Below, piece after piece: positions 53,762 to 63,732 of a DNA stretch of 64,000 nt. The stretch's first letter is position 1. The number at the start of each line of letters is the position of its first letter. The notes beneath the pieces were generated by a model, which worked only from the letters and a program-made list of their open reading frames with translations, ran no database searches and was not told the DNA's origin. A program made the position numbers and the translations under genes. The DNA lies in sequence record OR258281.1. One strand, 5' to 3'.

Positions 53762-54316
53762 ATGACAGTATTAGTAACAATGATGAAGAACAGCATGACA
53801 CGTAGTGCTGGTTATATTACACTTAATGAACTGGAATTCATTGATTCGTACACGTTCAGTAAATGTATTAAAGTAAAGAACGTAAAGAAACCACAAGACA
53901 TTGACAAACTGGTTATCTTCTATGAAGATACTAATATTGTTGCAATGTTCGATGTGATGTGTTCTAACATCATTACTGGTGAACTGCGTGTAACCATGTA
54001 TAACAAGAAAGTACTGTTCGATGGTTCATTGGGTGAATACAAGTGTCCAGCAAACAAAAGTCATTACTTTACTGAGTTCTACAATGATACTCTGATGGCA
54101 CCAACTGAAATTGCTGAGTACTTCAGAAAGAACCTTATTTCGTCAGTTAACAGTACAGCAGAAAAATTCAGTACAGGTTCTGCGACAATTATGCCAGCAC
54201 CAAAAAGTACCAAAAAAGAGAAACGTTCAAGTACTTCACTGAATGAAATGACACCAGAAAGACTGCTTGAACTTAAGAAGAAGATCTTTGGTGATGGGTA
54301 TACTGAAGACAAATAG
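53762..54316 (+). CDS. hypothetical protein
   Basis: GAGG SD. Confidence 0.65.
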   Translation: MTVLVTMMKNSMTRSAGYITLNELEFIDSYTFSKCIKVKNVKKPQDIDKLVIFYEDTNIVAMFDVMCSNIITGELRVTMYNKKVLFDGSLGEYKCPANKSHYFTEFYNDTLMAPTEIAEYFRKNLISSVNSTAEKFSTGSATIMPAPKSTKKEKRSSTSLNEMTPERLLELKKKIFGDGYTEDK

Positions 54317-54347
54317 TCTATCACACTTGAACCTCTGAAGTCAATGA

Positions 54348-54371
54348 AAAACCTGCTCTGTGCGGGTTTTT
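54348..54371 (+). terminator. intrinsic terminator
   Basis: AAAACCTGC/GCGGGTTTT. Confidence 0.7.
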
Positions 54372-54394
54372 CTGTTTTATATAATAGGTAAACT

Positions 54395-54769
54395 ATGACT
54401 GAACTATTAGAATTCTTCTTGAATGATAGTAACTATTTTATAGAGGAAGAATTTCGCCAACATAAGAATTACACTTACAAAGATAAGAGTACTTCAGAAG
54501 TACAGTTGTATATTAGGGAAACTTGTTTAGTAAAAATAATATGGTTTAAAAAATTATCAATACATATTAATAGAAAACAAATACTCGTAGTACTAGACAG
54601 TTCATCTTTTACTTTAGAGTATTTGTTAGAAGAATATAAAGATAATAGTCTTTTTAATATAAGCCTGAATTACGATACTTCAGTCTTTATGAATTTATTT
54701 TCTTGTGCTGATTTTGAACGCTTCATCGAAATAGCAAAAAAACTCCATAAAGATTTAAAAACTGCTTAA
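54395..54769 (+). CDS. DEFFN-motif family protein (divergent)
   Basis: DNSLFNISLNYD. Confidence 0.6.
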   Translation: MTELLEFFLNDSNYFIEEEFRQHKNYTYKDKSTSEVQLYIRETCLVKIIWFKKLSIHINRKQILVVLDSSSFTLEYLLEEYKDNSLFNISLNYDTSVFMNLFSCADFERFIEIAKKLHKDLKTA

Positions 54770-54776
54770 AAATCTA

Positions 54777-54805
54777 TTGACGGGCCGGGTGGATTTGCAT
54801 AAACT
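54777..54805 (+). promoter_or_regulatory. sigma70-type promoter
   Basis: TTGACG-N17-TAAACT. Confidence 0.55.
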
Positions 54806-54992
54806 GAAAGTCCTTTAAGAGAAAAGCATTTTATGATTTCAACCAGCAATGAGGATTGAACGCAGATGTAACGGACAAATATAAGCCTAATACCTTGACA
54901 AAATAGAGATTATATTAAGAGTACATATTAAGTTTTGTATTATTGGAGTACCAGTAATAGTGCTGGTACTCTAACCCTAAAGAGAAAGTAAA

Positions 54993-55274
54993 ATGGTTGA
55001 AGCATATTATGCCGGTGCTTTAGTAAGTATCATAACATTCTTGATGTTTTACTTTATGGTCTTTACTGATGATAAACACCGTTTCTGTGGTTCATTATTT
55101 GGTGCATTATTGTACGGTGGTTTGGTTTTCTGGTCTCGGTACGATACCATAACAGATAACGAAGAAGCCTGTGCAAGCAGTACTGAACAAAAGATTCTGG
55201 TTGATAACGTATGTTATATTAAAGCACCGGAAGGAACGTATATCAAGTACGATAGCGAAATTTTTAAGAAATAG
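54993..55274 (+). CDS. membrane protein
   Basis: Two hydrophobic helices. Confidence 0.6.
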   Translation: MVEAYYAGALVSIITFLMFYFMVFTDDKHRFCGSLFGALLYGGLVFWSRYDTITDNEEACASSTEQKILVDNVCYIKAPEGTYIKYDSEIFKK

Positions 55275-55346
55275 CTGTACTAAATCTCAAAGTACTAGTA
55301 ATATATTAGTACTTTCAAATTCAGTACATAACAGAGAGGGTGTACA

Positions 55347-55613
55347 ATGGAACTTCATGATGTTAATAACAGCATTCAAGAGAAGTTAAATGAAATCGAA
55401 TCCCTTCAGGGTTTAATTGCAAAAACCCATGAAGAAGGTGAACCAATCCGGGCTGAAATGAGTAAGTCTAAAGACCAGGGCCGTATTAATAAACTGGAAA
55501 ACAAACTGAATATGCTGTTCAGTCGCCGCTTGAATCTTATCTATCAGGTACAGGCTTGCAAAGAGCAGATTGTTAAGTACCGCAACGATTATATGAGTGC
55601 TGTTCTACTTTAG
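55347..55613 (+). CDS. small coiled-coil protein
   Basis: GAGGG SD. Confidence 0.62.
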   Translation: MELHDVNNSIQEKLNEIESLQGLIAKTHEEGEPIRAEMSKSKDQGRINKLENKLNMLFSRRLNLIYQVQACKEQIVKYRNDYMSAVLL

Positions 55614-55679
55614 TCCTTGCAAAATTGATAAGAAGTGGTGTATAATTGACGGTAAGAAAGGTACATAAAGGGGTCGGAA

Positions 55680-55898
55680 ATGAGAATTCTTCTCACTATT
55701 ATACGTTCCCTGTACAGTCGAGCGAAGACTGATCTGAATTACATTGCACAGTCAGTATTCGTAGGCAATATTACCGTACAGGAAGCAGTACAAATCTACG
55801 GGCTTAATTTGAGAGAACTTGAATATGTTCGGAACAATATTGCTGAGTACCGTGCTGCTGACAAATACATCACAGATCGCTTATCACAAGGAATATAG
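55680..55898 (+). CDS. hypothetical protein
   Basis: 72 aa. Confidence 0.55.
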   Translation: MRILLTIIRSLYSRAKTDLNYIAQSVFVGNITVQEAVQIYGLNLRELEYVRNNIAEYRAADKYITDRLSQGI

Positions 55899-55899
55899 T

Positions 55900-56055
55900 A
55901 TGAATCAATATCTCGTGCAGTACATTACTTCTGGTGTTTCGCGTCCATCTGAAGAACAGGTTGGTGCATATAATGAATCCGATGCTATTCGCCGTATCAG
56001 AGAACGGTATGGATTCAATAATGTAACCATCAAAGGTGTTCGCAAAGCGAACTAG
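55900..56055 (+). CDS. small hypothetical protein
   Basis: AAGGA SD before ATG 55900. Confidence 0.5.
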   Translation: MNQYLVQYITSGVSRPSEEQVGAYNESDAIRRIRERYGFNNVTIKGVRKAN

Positions 56056-56085
56056 TACCATTAGCAGTACCTCACATTAATAAAA

Positions 56086-56113
56086 GAGCCACCTCAAGAA
56101 GTGTGGCTTTTTT
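56086..56113 (+). terminator. intrinsic terminator
   Basis: GAGCCAC/GTGGCTT plus T tract. Confidence 0.65.
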
Positions 56114-56207
56114 ATTGCCCGAATTTATACGCCATTCTGTCAGTACTAAATAAGTACCACAATGAAGTATAAGATTAATTTGAACCTGTTGTAAGAGAGA
56201 TATACGA

Positions 56208-57212
56208 ATGGCTAATAATAAATCGCATGACCACTTTGAAAACGATATTCTTAACCTCGATAAACATATCGAAGATGAAGTACTTCAGGAAGTATTCAGT
56301 AACGAAAACAGTACCTATCAGAATATGTCACAGATGGATTACGAAACATCTGAAGATACATACGAAGCTCCTGTTATCAGTATCAAAAACAGCCAGAACG
56401 AAATCAAAATCGTCCATACTAATGAAGAGTTAATTGCTTTTATTAAATCTGGCGTTGATGTAGAAAAGAACCGTAATCAGTTAGTACTACAAAACCAGGG
56501 TATTGTACATAAAGAAGCAAAATCATGTACTTCACGTATTCCCTACGACGATAAAGTACAGTACGGTTTCGAAGCACTGCTTATGTGTATTAATACCTAT
56601 AACCCCGATATTGGTATTAAATTCATTACCTATGCAGGAACCAGTATTCGCCGTCACATGTATAGCTGGGGTAATACAGAATCCAGGGCAGTAGAGATCC
56701 CTAAGTACTTAAGTAATGATAACATTAAGATCCAGAAGTTTATTGCTGAATACCAGACTGCTAATGGTAAAGAACCATCAGAAGAAGAAGTACAGGCTGG
56801 TACAGAACTAAACATCAAACGTGTAAAATCAGCAATGCGTTTTGTTAATAATGCATTCTCACTTGATACACCGTTTGGTTCAGGTGATAGTACTCTTACA
56901 CTTGAGGAAGTTATTTCAGGTGAAGGTTCTGATTATGTACTTGATGAACGAATCAATAGTACTAAAATCGAAGAGGTAATGGATATTGTAAACCCATTAC
57001 TTAAACCACTTGAATCTGAACTGATCTCTTTAGTACACGGACTGAATGGTAATAAACAACATTCATTCAATGATATTCTGGATTTGGGTATTATCGACCA
57101 CAACGGTAATTTCATTAACTCTAAACCTACACTGTCTCGCCGCTATAACGAGGCACTTGATAAAGTTAAAAGAATTATCAAAGATAAGAAAATCTTTTTA
57201 AGCGATTTGTAA
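56208..57212 (+). CDS. RNA polymerase sigma factor, sigma-70 family
   Basis: Region 2 RNQLVLQNQGIVHKEA..DDKVQYG..TYNPDIGIKFITYA; region 3 VEIP..GKEPSEEEV..FSLDTP; region-4-like C-terminus. Confidence 0.85.
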   Translation: MANNKSHDHFENDILNLDKHIEDEVLQEVFSNENSTYQNMSQMDYETSEDTYEAPVISIKNSQNEIKIVHTNEELIAFIKSGVDVEKNRNQLVLQNQGIVHKEAKSCTSRIPYDDKVQYGFEALLMCINTYNPDIGIKFITYAGTSIRRHMYSWGNTESRAVEIPKYLSNDNIKIQKFIAEYQTANGKEPSEEEVQAGTELNIKRVKSAMRFVNNAFSLDTPFGSGDSTLTLEEVISGEGSDYVLDERINSTKIEEVMDIVNPLLKPLESELISLVHGLNGNKQHSFNDILDLGIIDHNGNFINSKPTLSRRYNEALDKVKRIIKDKKIFLSDL

Positions 57213-57400
57213 TTATAGTACCTTCTTATCAAAGACTATATCAGTAGGTTCCTTGTAATAAAAGCTAACCTACTGATAACACTGAAAAACCATAGCCTAA
57301 CTGTTTATTTCGCATCGAAAAATAAATCTTTAGTACTTGCAATATCGATGCAAGGTATGTTAATCTGTACAGGTAATATGGTGGTCAGGAGGTGTCAACA

Positions 57401-57559
57401 ATGACAAAGAAGAAGAAAGAGCAGCACGGGAAAAAAGGTTCTGAGATTGATCCCGACCGGTACTTACAGGCTGTCGAGAAGACCGACAGAGATGAAGAAG
57501 CTGGTAGTATTGATTACGTAAAACTCTTTAAAAATCGTGACTTAAAGAAGCCTCATTAA
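57401..57559 (+). CDS. small charged protein
   Basis: AGGAGGT SD; translated by hand MTKKKKEQHGKKGSEIDPDRYLQAVEK.. Confidence 0.65.
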   Translation: MTKKKKEQHGKKGSEIDPDRYLQAVEKTDRDEEAGSIDYVKLFKNRDLKKPH

Positions 57560-57584
57560 GAGGCTTCACCACAGGAGACAGTAA

Positions 57585-57839
57585 ATGAACTTACCAGATG
57601 AATTAGTACTACTGCGTACCCGAATCCTTGAAAATCAGGGAAAAGTTGATTCTCTTGACTCTGAAATTAAAGAACTCTTCACTAAAAAAATTCTTGTTAT
57701 TGATAAGAACAATAACGTTATTACTAAAGAAGTACAAGAAATCTCAAACAAGATTGAATATAACTTTAAAATTAAAAGTGATTACGAAAACCGCGTAAAA
57801 CGCGACAAAGAATTAGTACTTAGTACCGTACTCGCTTAA
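57585..57839 (+). CDS. small coiled-coil protein
   Basis: AGGAG SD. Confidence 0.62.
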   Translation: MNLPDELVLLRTRILENQGKVDSLDSEIKELFTKKILVIDKNNNVITKEVQEISNKIEYNFKIKSDYENRVKRDKELVLSTVLA

Positions 57840-57846
57840 ATCTTCT

Positions 57847-57870
57847 AATCCCCTACTTGGGGATTTTTTT
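57847..57870 (+). terminator. intrinsic terminator
   Basis: AATCCC/GGGATT plus T tract. Confidence 0.65.
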
Positions 57871-57883
57871 ATGGTAAAATATA

Positions 57884-58348
57884 ATGTTCAGAAAAATTCT
57901 GGAAGAAAATAATATTCAGGATGTGCTTCACAATATCAGATCAGAATTTAAAAATTCCGTAAGTGCAATTCGTGTTTTTGGAAAAGCTGAAAGTACTAAT
58001 TATACTAAAGCTACATATGGCGGTGCAAACTTGCTGGATAAAAAGTGCAGATACGTTACTATTAATAACGATAAAGTACGTATATTAATACGATACAACA
58101 ATGAAGTACTAGAAGCACTAAGTATTGATGTCAAATCTAATCACGATCAAATAATTTATCATCTTGAACGTAATACTTTTGAATATTTCTTCGGTACTGA
58201 GGGAGTTTATAGGATCGAAATGCCAGATATGGAAGATAAAGAATATATCTTTAATATGTGCATTCAATATCCAGAACTTGATATTATTGGAATTAAAAAC
58301 GATATGCAGTGGCTTATCGAAAAGTACGGAATAGTGAAATACTTATGA
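57884..58348 (+). CDS. DEFFN-motif family protein
   Basis: DKEYIFNMCIQYP. Confidence 0.62.
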   Translation: MFRKILEENNIQDVLHNIRSEFKNSVSAIRVFGKAESTNYTKATYGGANLLDKKCRYVTINNDKVRILIRYNNEVLEALSIDVKSNHDQIIYHLERNTFEYFFGTEGVYRIEMPDMEDKEYIFNMCIQYPELDIIGIKNDMQWLIEKYGIVKYL

Positions 58349-58803
58349 TTGGTCTTAAGGAAGCAGTACTTAAACACCGTGTTTCTGAATTAATCAGTGA
58401 TGTTAGTGAAAGAAACATTGACTACAAAAACGATAATTTTTTCAATTTTAAAGAATGTTATATTATTGGTACTAACGTCCATTACAAACAGGGAAGTTTA
58501 GCCGGGTTATGTAAATTGCATTACGTAAAGGGTAATAAACTTTTTCGTATATTTTTTAACGATAGAGTACTCGGCACGATTTCTATAATGAGGAATCGTA
58601 TGGTAATGACTAAAGACCACACCAGTATTACTGTAGAACTGGATTTTGCTTCTTTACTTGATAAAGAATATATTTTTAATGAGACCATCAGGCTATCTGG
58701 TACACCTCTTATATCAGAAATGGATATACCTGAATTATTCAGTGATATAAACTGGATATATGAAAACTTTGGAGTACTTAATGTACCAGGAAGTGGCGAA
58801 TGA
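58345..58803 (+). CDS. DEFFN-motif family protein
   Basis: DKEYIFNETIRL. Confidence 0.62.
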   Translation: MIGLKEAVLKHRVSELISDVSERNIDYKNDNFFNFKECYIIGTNVHYKQGSLAGLCKLHYVKGNKLFRIFFNDRVLGTISIMRNRMVMTKDHTSITVELDFASLLDKEYIFNETIRLSGTPLISEMDIPELFSDINWIYENFGVLNVPGSGE

Positions 58804-59195
58804 TAAATTTACTACTTGACGGGAAAGTTATTAATGAGTTATTAAATCCAAAACAACTTTCAGTTGGTGCACTGTACTATGATGAAAACGAGATTCATTT
58901 CTACCGGACTAATATTTCGGATAAAGTTACTTATCTTAATCTTTATATAAAATATGGTTCAGTGAATTGTTCACTTAAGTATGTGTGTAACAAATTCAGT
59001 ACAATTGAGTATGATAATGATAGGTACTATTGCGATAGGCAGGACTTTATATTAAATTCAGTACCCTATTCTGAACAGGACTTTAATGATCCGGGATTTG
59101 AATTTAATTTAAGTATACTGGACGATATAGATTATAAGTTCTTCAGGCTCTTTAAAGAACTCAGAAGTACCAGATTTTTGTTGAGTTTTCCTTGA
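58800..59195 (+). CDS. DEFFN-motif family protein (divergent)
   Basis: PGFEFNLSILDD. Confidence 0.6.
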   Translation: MINLLLDGKVINELLNPKQLSVGALYYDENEIHFYRTNISDKVTYLNLYIKYGSVNCSLKYVCNKFSTIEYDNDRYYCDRQDFILNSVPYSEQDFNDPGFEFNLSILDDIDYKFFRLFKELRSTRFLLSFP

Positions 59196-59220
59196 CGGAC
59201 AGCCCCTGATATGAGATACT
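59192..59220 (+). promoter_or_regulatory. sigma70-type promoter
   Basis: TTGACG-N17-GATACT upstream of the ATPase. Confidence 0.5.
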
Positions 59221-59248
59221 TTCAGTACAGAGAGGGGAGATTTTCAAA

Positions 59249-60037
59249 ATGACTACTACCGTTCAAGTACTCACAGATGAGCAGATTCGTTCAAACATTC
59301 ATCAGCGTTTTGGTGCTATGATGACTACGCTTGAATGCATCATCGATCCTTTCAATACCATTCGTGCAATGATTGTTACAGGTGCACCCGGTGTAGGTAA
59401 ATCCTATAACCTTATCAAACGTCTGGAACAGGCACATGATAATCTGGAATGTGACTTTCATAAAATCAGTGGTAAAGTAACTCCACTCGGTTTATATCAG
59501 GCACTGAATAAAACCCGCCATTTCGGTTCAGTACTGTTACTTGATGACGTTGATGTATTCGAAGATGAAGGTACTCTTGATATTCTTAAAGCTGCACTGG
59601 ATAGCTCTAAGACCCGTACCGTTTCATATATCAGTAACAGTAACGTACTGCGTAAAGAAGGTATTCCGAATCAGATCGAATACAGCGGAAAGATTATCTT
59701 TGTAAGTAACAAGAATTTCATGCACATACTGAATAGTAACAGCAAGTTACAACCGCATGTTAAAGCTCTTGTAACGCGTGGTACTTTCATCGATTTACAA
59801 ATCCACGATACCCGCAGCATTCTTATCCAGATTGAAGATGTACTGACCCATACCGATATGCTTACCAAGCATGTATCAGTACAGCAACAGAAGGATATAC
59901 TGGACTTCATGAAGTCAAACGCAGATAGGTTACTTGAACCTTCATTGCGTACCCCGATTAACATCAGTGGTTTAGTACTCCACGATGCACAGAACTGGAA
60001 GAATACCGCTGAAGTATCTTTCCTGAAGAGTGCGTAA
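59249..60037 (+). CDS. AAA+ / P-loop ATPase
   Basis: Walker A GAPGVGKS, Walker B LLLDDVD, IIFVSN sensor-1. Confidence 0.85.
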   Translation: MTTTVQVLTDEQIRSNIHQRFGAMMTTLECIIDPFNTIRAMIVTGAPGVGKSYNLIKRLEQAHDNLECDFHKISGKVTPLGLYQALNKTRHFGSVLLLDDVDVFEDEGTLDILKAALDSSKTRTVSYISNSNVLRKEGIPNQIEYSGKIIFVSNKNFMHILNSNSKLQPHVKALVTRGTFIDLQIHDTRSILIQIEDVLTHTDMLTKHVSVQQQKDILDFMKSNADRLLEPSLRTPINISGLVLHDAQNWKNTAEVSFLKSA

Positions 60038-60038
60038 T

Positions 60039-60066
60039 AAAAAAAGCCAGCATTACGCTGGCTTTT
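60039..60066. terminator. bidirectional terminator
   Basis: AAAAGCCAGC-ATTAC-GCTGGCTTTT between convergent genes. Confidence 0.85.
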
Positions 60067-60069
60067 CTG

Positions 60070-61221
60070 TTATTCAGAATTATAGTTATATGGTGTTTTT
60101 AAAGGAATAAAAATATAAGAATCAGTACCAGTACTTGAGTTATAAGTTACATCACCCGCCCAATACACTTTATCATTCTGGACTACGTAGTTAGAGGTAT
60201 AGTACTGTGTGCAGACAAATTGTACAGGATCAGTACTTAATCCTACACATGGCATAAACCCATATACGTTCTGGTCTGTAGTATTGTTAATACCTAATTG
60301 TCCCTTCACATTATATCCAGAAGAACGTAAACCATCAGTACAGGTTAACGTCATGATATGAGTACTTGAACCACTGTTTTTAATATCCTGTACTAAACCA
60401 TCGTATGCTGTTAATGCAGTCATGTTTGATACGTTTTTAGACGTCAGGGTAAGATCGCCAGCGTAGTTATAACCCGCTCCGTAAATCCGCGTGGTGCCGT
60501 CTGTGGTACTCTTCATCAGAAGAAATGCCTCACCAACCGTAGGCTGTACCTGAAACGGCTCATAGCCGGTAGGATTCGCAAAGGCCGTCCAGGTCTGATA
60601 CGTTGTTAAACCATTATTACTTAACTGACCATTGGCGTTATTACCAACACGCCAGTACTGCCCGTTCTTTATTACCCAGGTATTGACAGAAAGTAGTTCT
60701 ACTTCAGAACATGATGTATTGGTTAATGTCCATGAGGTAACAGTACTGTTATGACCTAAACCAAGCTCGTAGTTAAGGTTAGTACCAATCCCATACAAAT
60801 CACCACTCTTAAGCAAAATAACAGTACTGTTATTTGAACCACCTCTTATTTTTCTTATCTGATCGTATGTACCAACTGAATTTATAATACTCGTACAATC
60901 AGTAAAAACTGTGTTATTCCCGCTTGTACCATATATACCAGTTTTTACTCCACAATGCCAGAAAGTATTATCCCTTTTAACTGCTAACGTCCATGTAGCA
61001 CTTACAAAAACATCCTTAACATCAGTAAGTACTTTACTCCAGTTCAGGTAATCAGTACTTGTTGTGCCTGTACCCGTTTTGTATGATGTACCCGCACCTG
61101 CTGTATAAAGTTCACCATTCTCATATAATAACGCACGATGAGTCTGTGATGCTACCATTTTCTGTATCTTCATCTTTGGTGCTTTATTGCCGTACTGCGA
61201 TATGACAGGAATAGGAAACAT
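60070..61221 (-). CDS. RCC1/BLIP-II-like beta-propeller repeat protein
   Basis: Repeated G.N..G.LG motifs; MFPIP start. Confidence 0.75.
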   Translation of the reverse strand: MFPIPVISQYGNKAPKMKIQKMVASQTHRALLYENGELYTAGAGTSYKTGTGTTSTDYLNWSKVLTDVKDVFVSATWTLAVKRDNTFWHCGVKTGIYGTSGNNTVFTDCTSIINSVGTYDQIRKIRGGSNNSTVILLKSGDLYGIGTNLNYELGLGHNSTVTSWTLTNTSCSEVELLSVNTWVIKNGQYWRVGNNANGQLSNNGLTTYQTWTAFANPTGYEPFQVQPTVGEAFLLMKSTTDGTTRIYGAGYNYAGDLTLTSKNVSNMTALTAYDGLVQDIKNSGSSTHIMTLTCTDGLRSSGYNVKGQLGINNTTDQNVYGFMPCVGLSTDPVQFVCTQYYTSNYVVQNDKVYWAGDVTYNSSTGTDSYIFIPLKTPYNYNSE

Positions 61222-61312
61222 TTTATCTCCTTTTAAATGTATTAAATTTATATTTAGGTACTAAAGCATTACAAAACAAAGACTTCCGCCAGAAGTACCT
61301 AATATAATCATT

Positions 61313-62437
61313 TTATTTAATTGTACGATCCAGTAACTGTAAACCAACAACATTCGCGGTAAAGTACGGTAACAGGTTCTGTACTGAACCAGCATTATAA
61401 TTACCACTTCCATATAAGTTATTATTAACTAATGCATATAACTTCATATAACCAAGCTGCAATGAATCATCACTCGGATTTAAATTAGCAATATATGATG
61501 CTGGAATTAAAGTAAAATTACTTCCGCCAGAACTGGCTGAACCTGTCATGTTCTGCCCGGAAAAATAATAAGAAGTGCCAATCTTAACAATTATCTGATA
61601 CCTGTTCCCCCACATTTTGGAGGGTACACCAAAGGAAATACTCTGCTGTGCAAAACTTCTGTTAGTGTTTGCTGACACACCATTACCTAACTGACCACTA
61701 AACTGTGTACCACATGTATATAATCCTGAAGTACTTAATACGTACATACACAAATAACCCATCTGTACATCAGTAACCGTACCACTTATTCCAGTAACCT
61801 GCTGGAACCGGTTAGCAGTTGTTACTGTACTGTAACCTAACTGTAAATTACTGTTAGAACCACATGTATATACAGTACCGTCTTTGTGTAGTACTGCAAC
61901 TGAAATAGAGTCCATCGTGAATGATATCTTGTTAACTGACGTTCTTAATTGTGTAAAAGATGTAACCGCCGTTGTATTTCCAGTACCTAACTGACCACTA
62001 CTGTTACGACCCATACCAAGTAAATTATCATTATTATCTATAATATAAACATTCTCTGTATTATAATATAATGCACGGTAGTTATTATTGTATTGAACAA
62101 AATATGAGGTACAATCCGTATAAGTATTATATGTAACAGATGAACCAGTAAATCGGTTTAAACCGGCTGTCTGCCACGTACCATCATTCTTTCGTACTAA
62201 AGTACCACTCTGATCGCTCGCCCATACGTCATTTACATTACTGTTGATCTTCCTCCACGTAGTAATAGCAGTAGTATCTCCAGTACCAAACATACCGTTA
62301 CTGTTCTGACCTATAGCATATAAATCACCCGAAGTACTTAATACCATCAAGCCATTAAACATCGCTACGTACTTCTTTATTCCGGTAATAACCGGAATGT
62401 TATTACCGTACTTGCTTATAATTGGAATAGGAAACAT
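61313..62437 (-). CDS. RCC1/BLIP-II-like beta-propeller repeat protein
   Basis: GQNSNGMFG, GRNSSGQLG, GSNSNLQLG repeats; MFPIP start. Confidence 0.78.
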   Translation of the reverse strand: MFPIPIISKYGNNIPVITGIKKYVAMFNGLMVLSTSGDLYAIGQNSNGMFGTGDTTAITTWRKINSNVNDVWASDQSGTLVRKNDGTWQTAGLNRFTGSSVTYNTYTDCTSYFVQYNNNYRALYYNTENVYIIDNNDNLLGMGRNSSGQLGTGNTTAVTSFTQLRTSVNKISFTMDSISVAVLHKDGTVYTCGSNSNLQLGYSTVTTANRFQQVTGISGTVTDVQMGYLCMYVLSTSGLYTCGTQFSGQLGNGVSANTNRSFAQQSISFGVPSKMWGNRYQIIVKIGTSYYFSGQNMTGSASSGGSNFTLIPASYIANLNPSDDSLQLGYMKLYALVNNNLYGSGNYNAGSVQNLLPYFTANVVGLQLLDRTIK

Positions 62438-62447
62438 ATTCTCCCCC

Positions 62448-63593
62448 TTATTTGTATGGTGTAGGCATTAATCTGTAAACAGGAGTATTTGTAGTACCAA
62501 GTGTCATAGCCGCACCACCCGCTGCATATACTAATCCCTGATATACATAATACGATGCGTTCACTATGTTACACATGTATGTTATCGAACTCAACGTCTG
62601 TGACTGTACTGTACCAGCACATGCAACAAAGTTAGTGGGCGAAGTAGAAGTACTTATAGCAAGACGACCGGAGTTGTTGTCCCCAGTACTCATCATCTGT
62701 GAAGCACCAATAACAAAAGTACTGTAGAAATTCATAGAACTTATACGGTTAATTGCACTCAACCCTGGATTGTAAAATGCTAACTGTCCAGTTGTAGTAC
62801 CATTACCTGTACCGTAACTTGCACCACATGTTCTTATTGTTCCGTCACTTAAAAGTAATGTACAGTTATACTGCCCCGCACCAACATCTAGTACCGTTAA
62901 TCCCGTACCCGGCGTGTACTGACCAAATGTAGTCTGAGTAGAAGTCTTTGAACCAAATCCTAATGTTGCTACACTGTTTGTACCACATCGCCACGCAGTA
63001 CCATCATTCTTTAATATCCATGTACCATATAACGTGCACTGGATCTTCTTAACGTTTGTACCACTCGTTAATGCTGTCCAGTTATATGTTCCAGTACCAC
63101 TACCAGCACCTAATGCATAGTACTGATTACTGCCTATTCCCCATATCTGACCTGAACCATCAACTACAAATAACCTAGCTGGCGTATCATTATATCCCTG
63201 TATAGCCTGTATAGCACTAATGTCAAAACGAGAAAATGCAGAAGTAATATCCTGATAGGTAGTACTGTTAGATATAGAATATCCTAACGCAGAAGTGAAT
63301 ATCGTGTTCAATGAACCTGAACCATATACCTTGTTATCCTTAGTAATCAATATACTGAAATTACCACAACATGCAAATAAACGTACATCATTACGTAATA
63401 ACGCCCAATTTCCTGTAATGTCTGTAGTTGTACCTGTACCGTACATCCCACTCGTGTTTGCACCCAATGCATAAGTCTCGCCTGAATTATATTGCAGTAC
63501 TACACTCTTTGCCTCCGGGCCAGTAGTTAAAGTCTTTATTCCCGGATTACTAGGCTGTACCCTAAGTGAACTTATAATCGGAATCGGAAACAT
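62448..63593 (-). CDS. RCC1/BLIP-II-like beta-propeller repeat protein
   Basis: GANTSGMYG, GSNQYYALG, GDNNSGRLA repeats; MFPIP start. Confidence 0.78.
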   Translation of the reverse strand: MFPIPIISSLRVQPSNPGIKTLTTGPEAKSVVLQYNSGETYALGANTSGMYGTGTTTDITGNWALLRNDVRLFACCGNFSILITKDNKVYGSGSLNTIFTSALGYSISNSTTYQDITSAFSRFDISAIQAIQGYNDTPARLFVVDGSGQIWGIGSNQYYALGAGSGTGTYNWTALTSGTNVKKIQCTLYGTWILKNDGTAWRCGTNSVATLGFGSKTSTQTTFGQYTPGTGLTVLDVGAGQYNCTLLLSDGTIRTCGASYGTGNGTTTGQLAFYNPGLSAINRISSMNFYSTFVIGASQMMSTGDNNSGRLAISTSTSPTNFVACAGTVQSQTLSSITYMCNIVNASYYVYQGLVYAAGGAAMTLGTTNTPVYRLMPTPYK

Positions 63594-63603
63594 ATCTCTC
63601 TCC

Positions 63604-63729
63604 TTAATATGGCATTGCTAACGCCGTGAAAATGGTAGCAGTCCCTAAACCATAATTAGTACCTGAACCACTATAATATAATTTATTACCTGCAAATAAA
63701 AATGCCGTATTACCACATATCCTGTAAGC
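63604..63729 (-). pseudogene. orphan C-terminal fragment of a fourth RCC1-like paralogue
   Basis: Translated by hand: AYRICGNTAFLFAGNKLYYSGSGTNYGLGTATIFTALAMPY*, preceded in frame by TAG with no start. Confidence 0.55.
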
Positions 63730-63732
63730 CTA

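Noticed and set aside
57239-57278. 12-bp hairpin after the sigma gene as a novel RNA
   Set aside because: An isolated hairpin at a gene end is adequately explained as a terminator or mRNA stabiliser.
930-59964. Short - strand and alternate-frame ORFs in the track (for example 930, 2381, 10345, 14472, 41426, 49429, 59671)
   Set aside because: They are shadows of longer, SD-bearing + strand genes and show no recognisable motifs.
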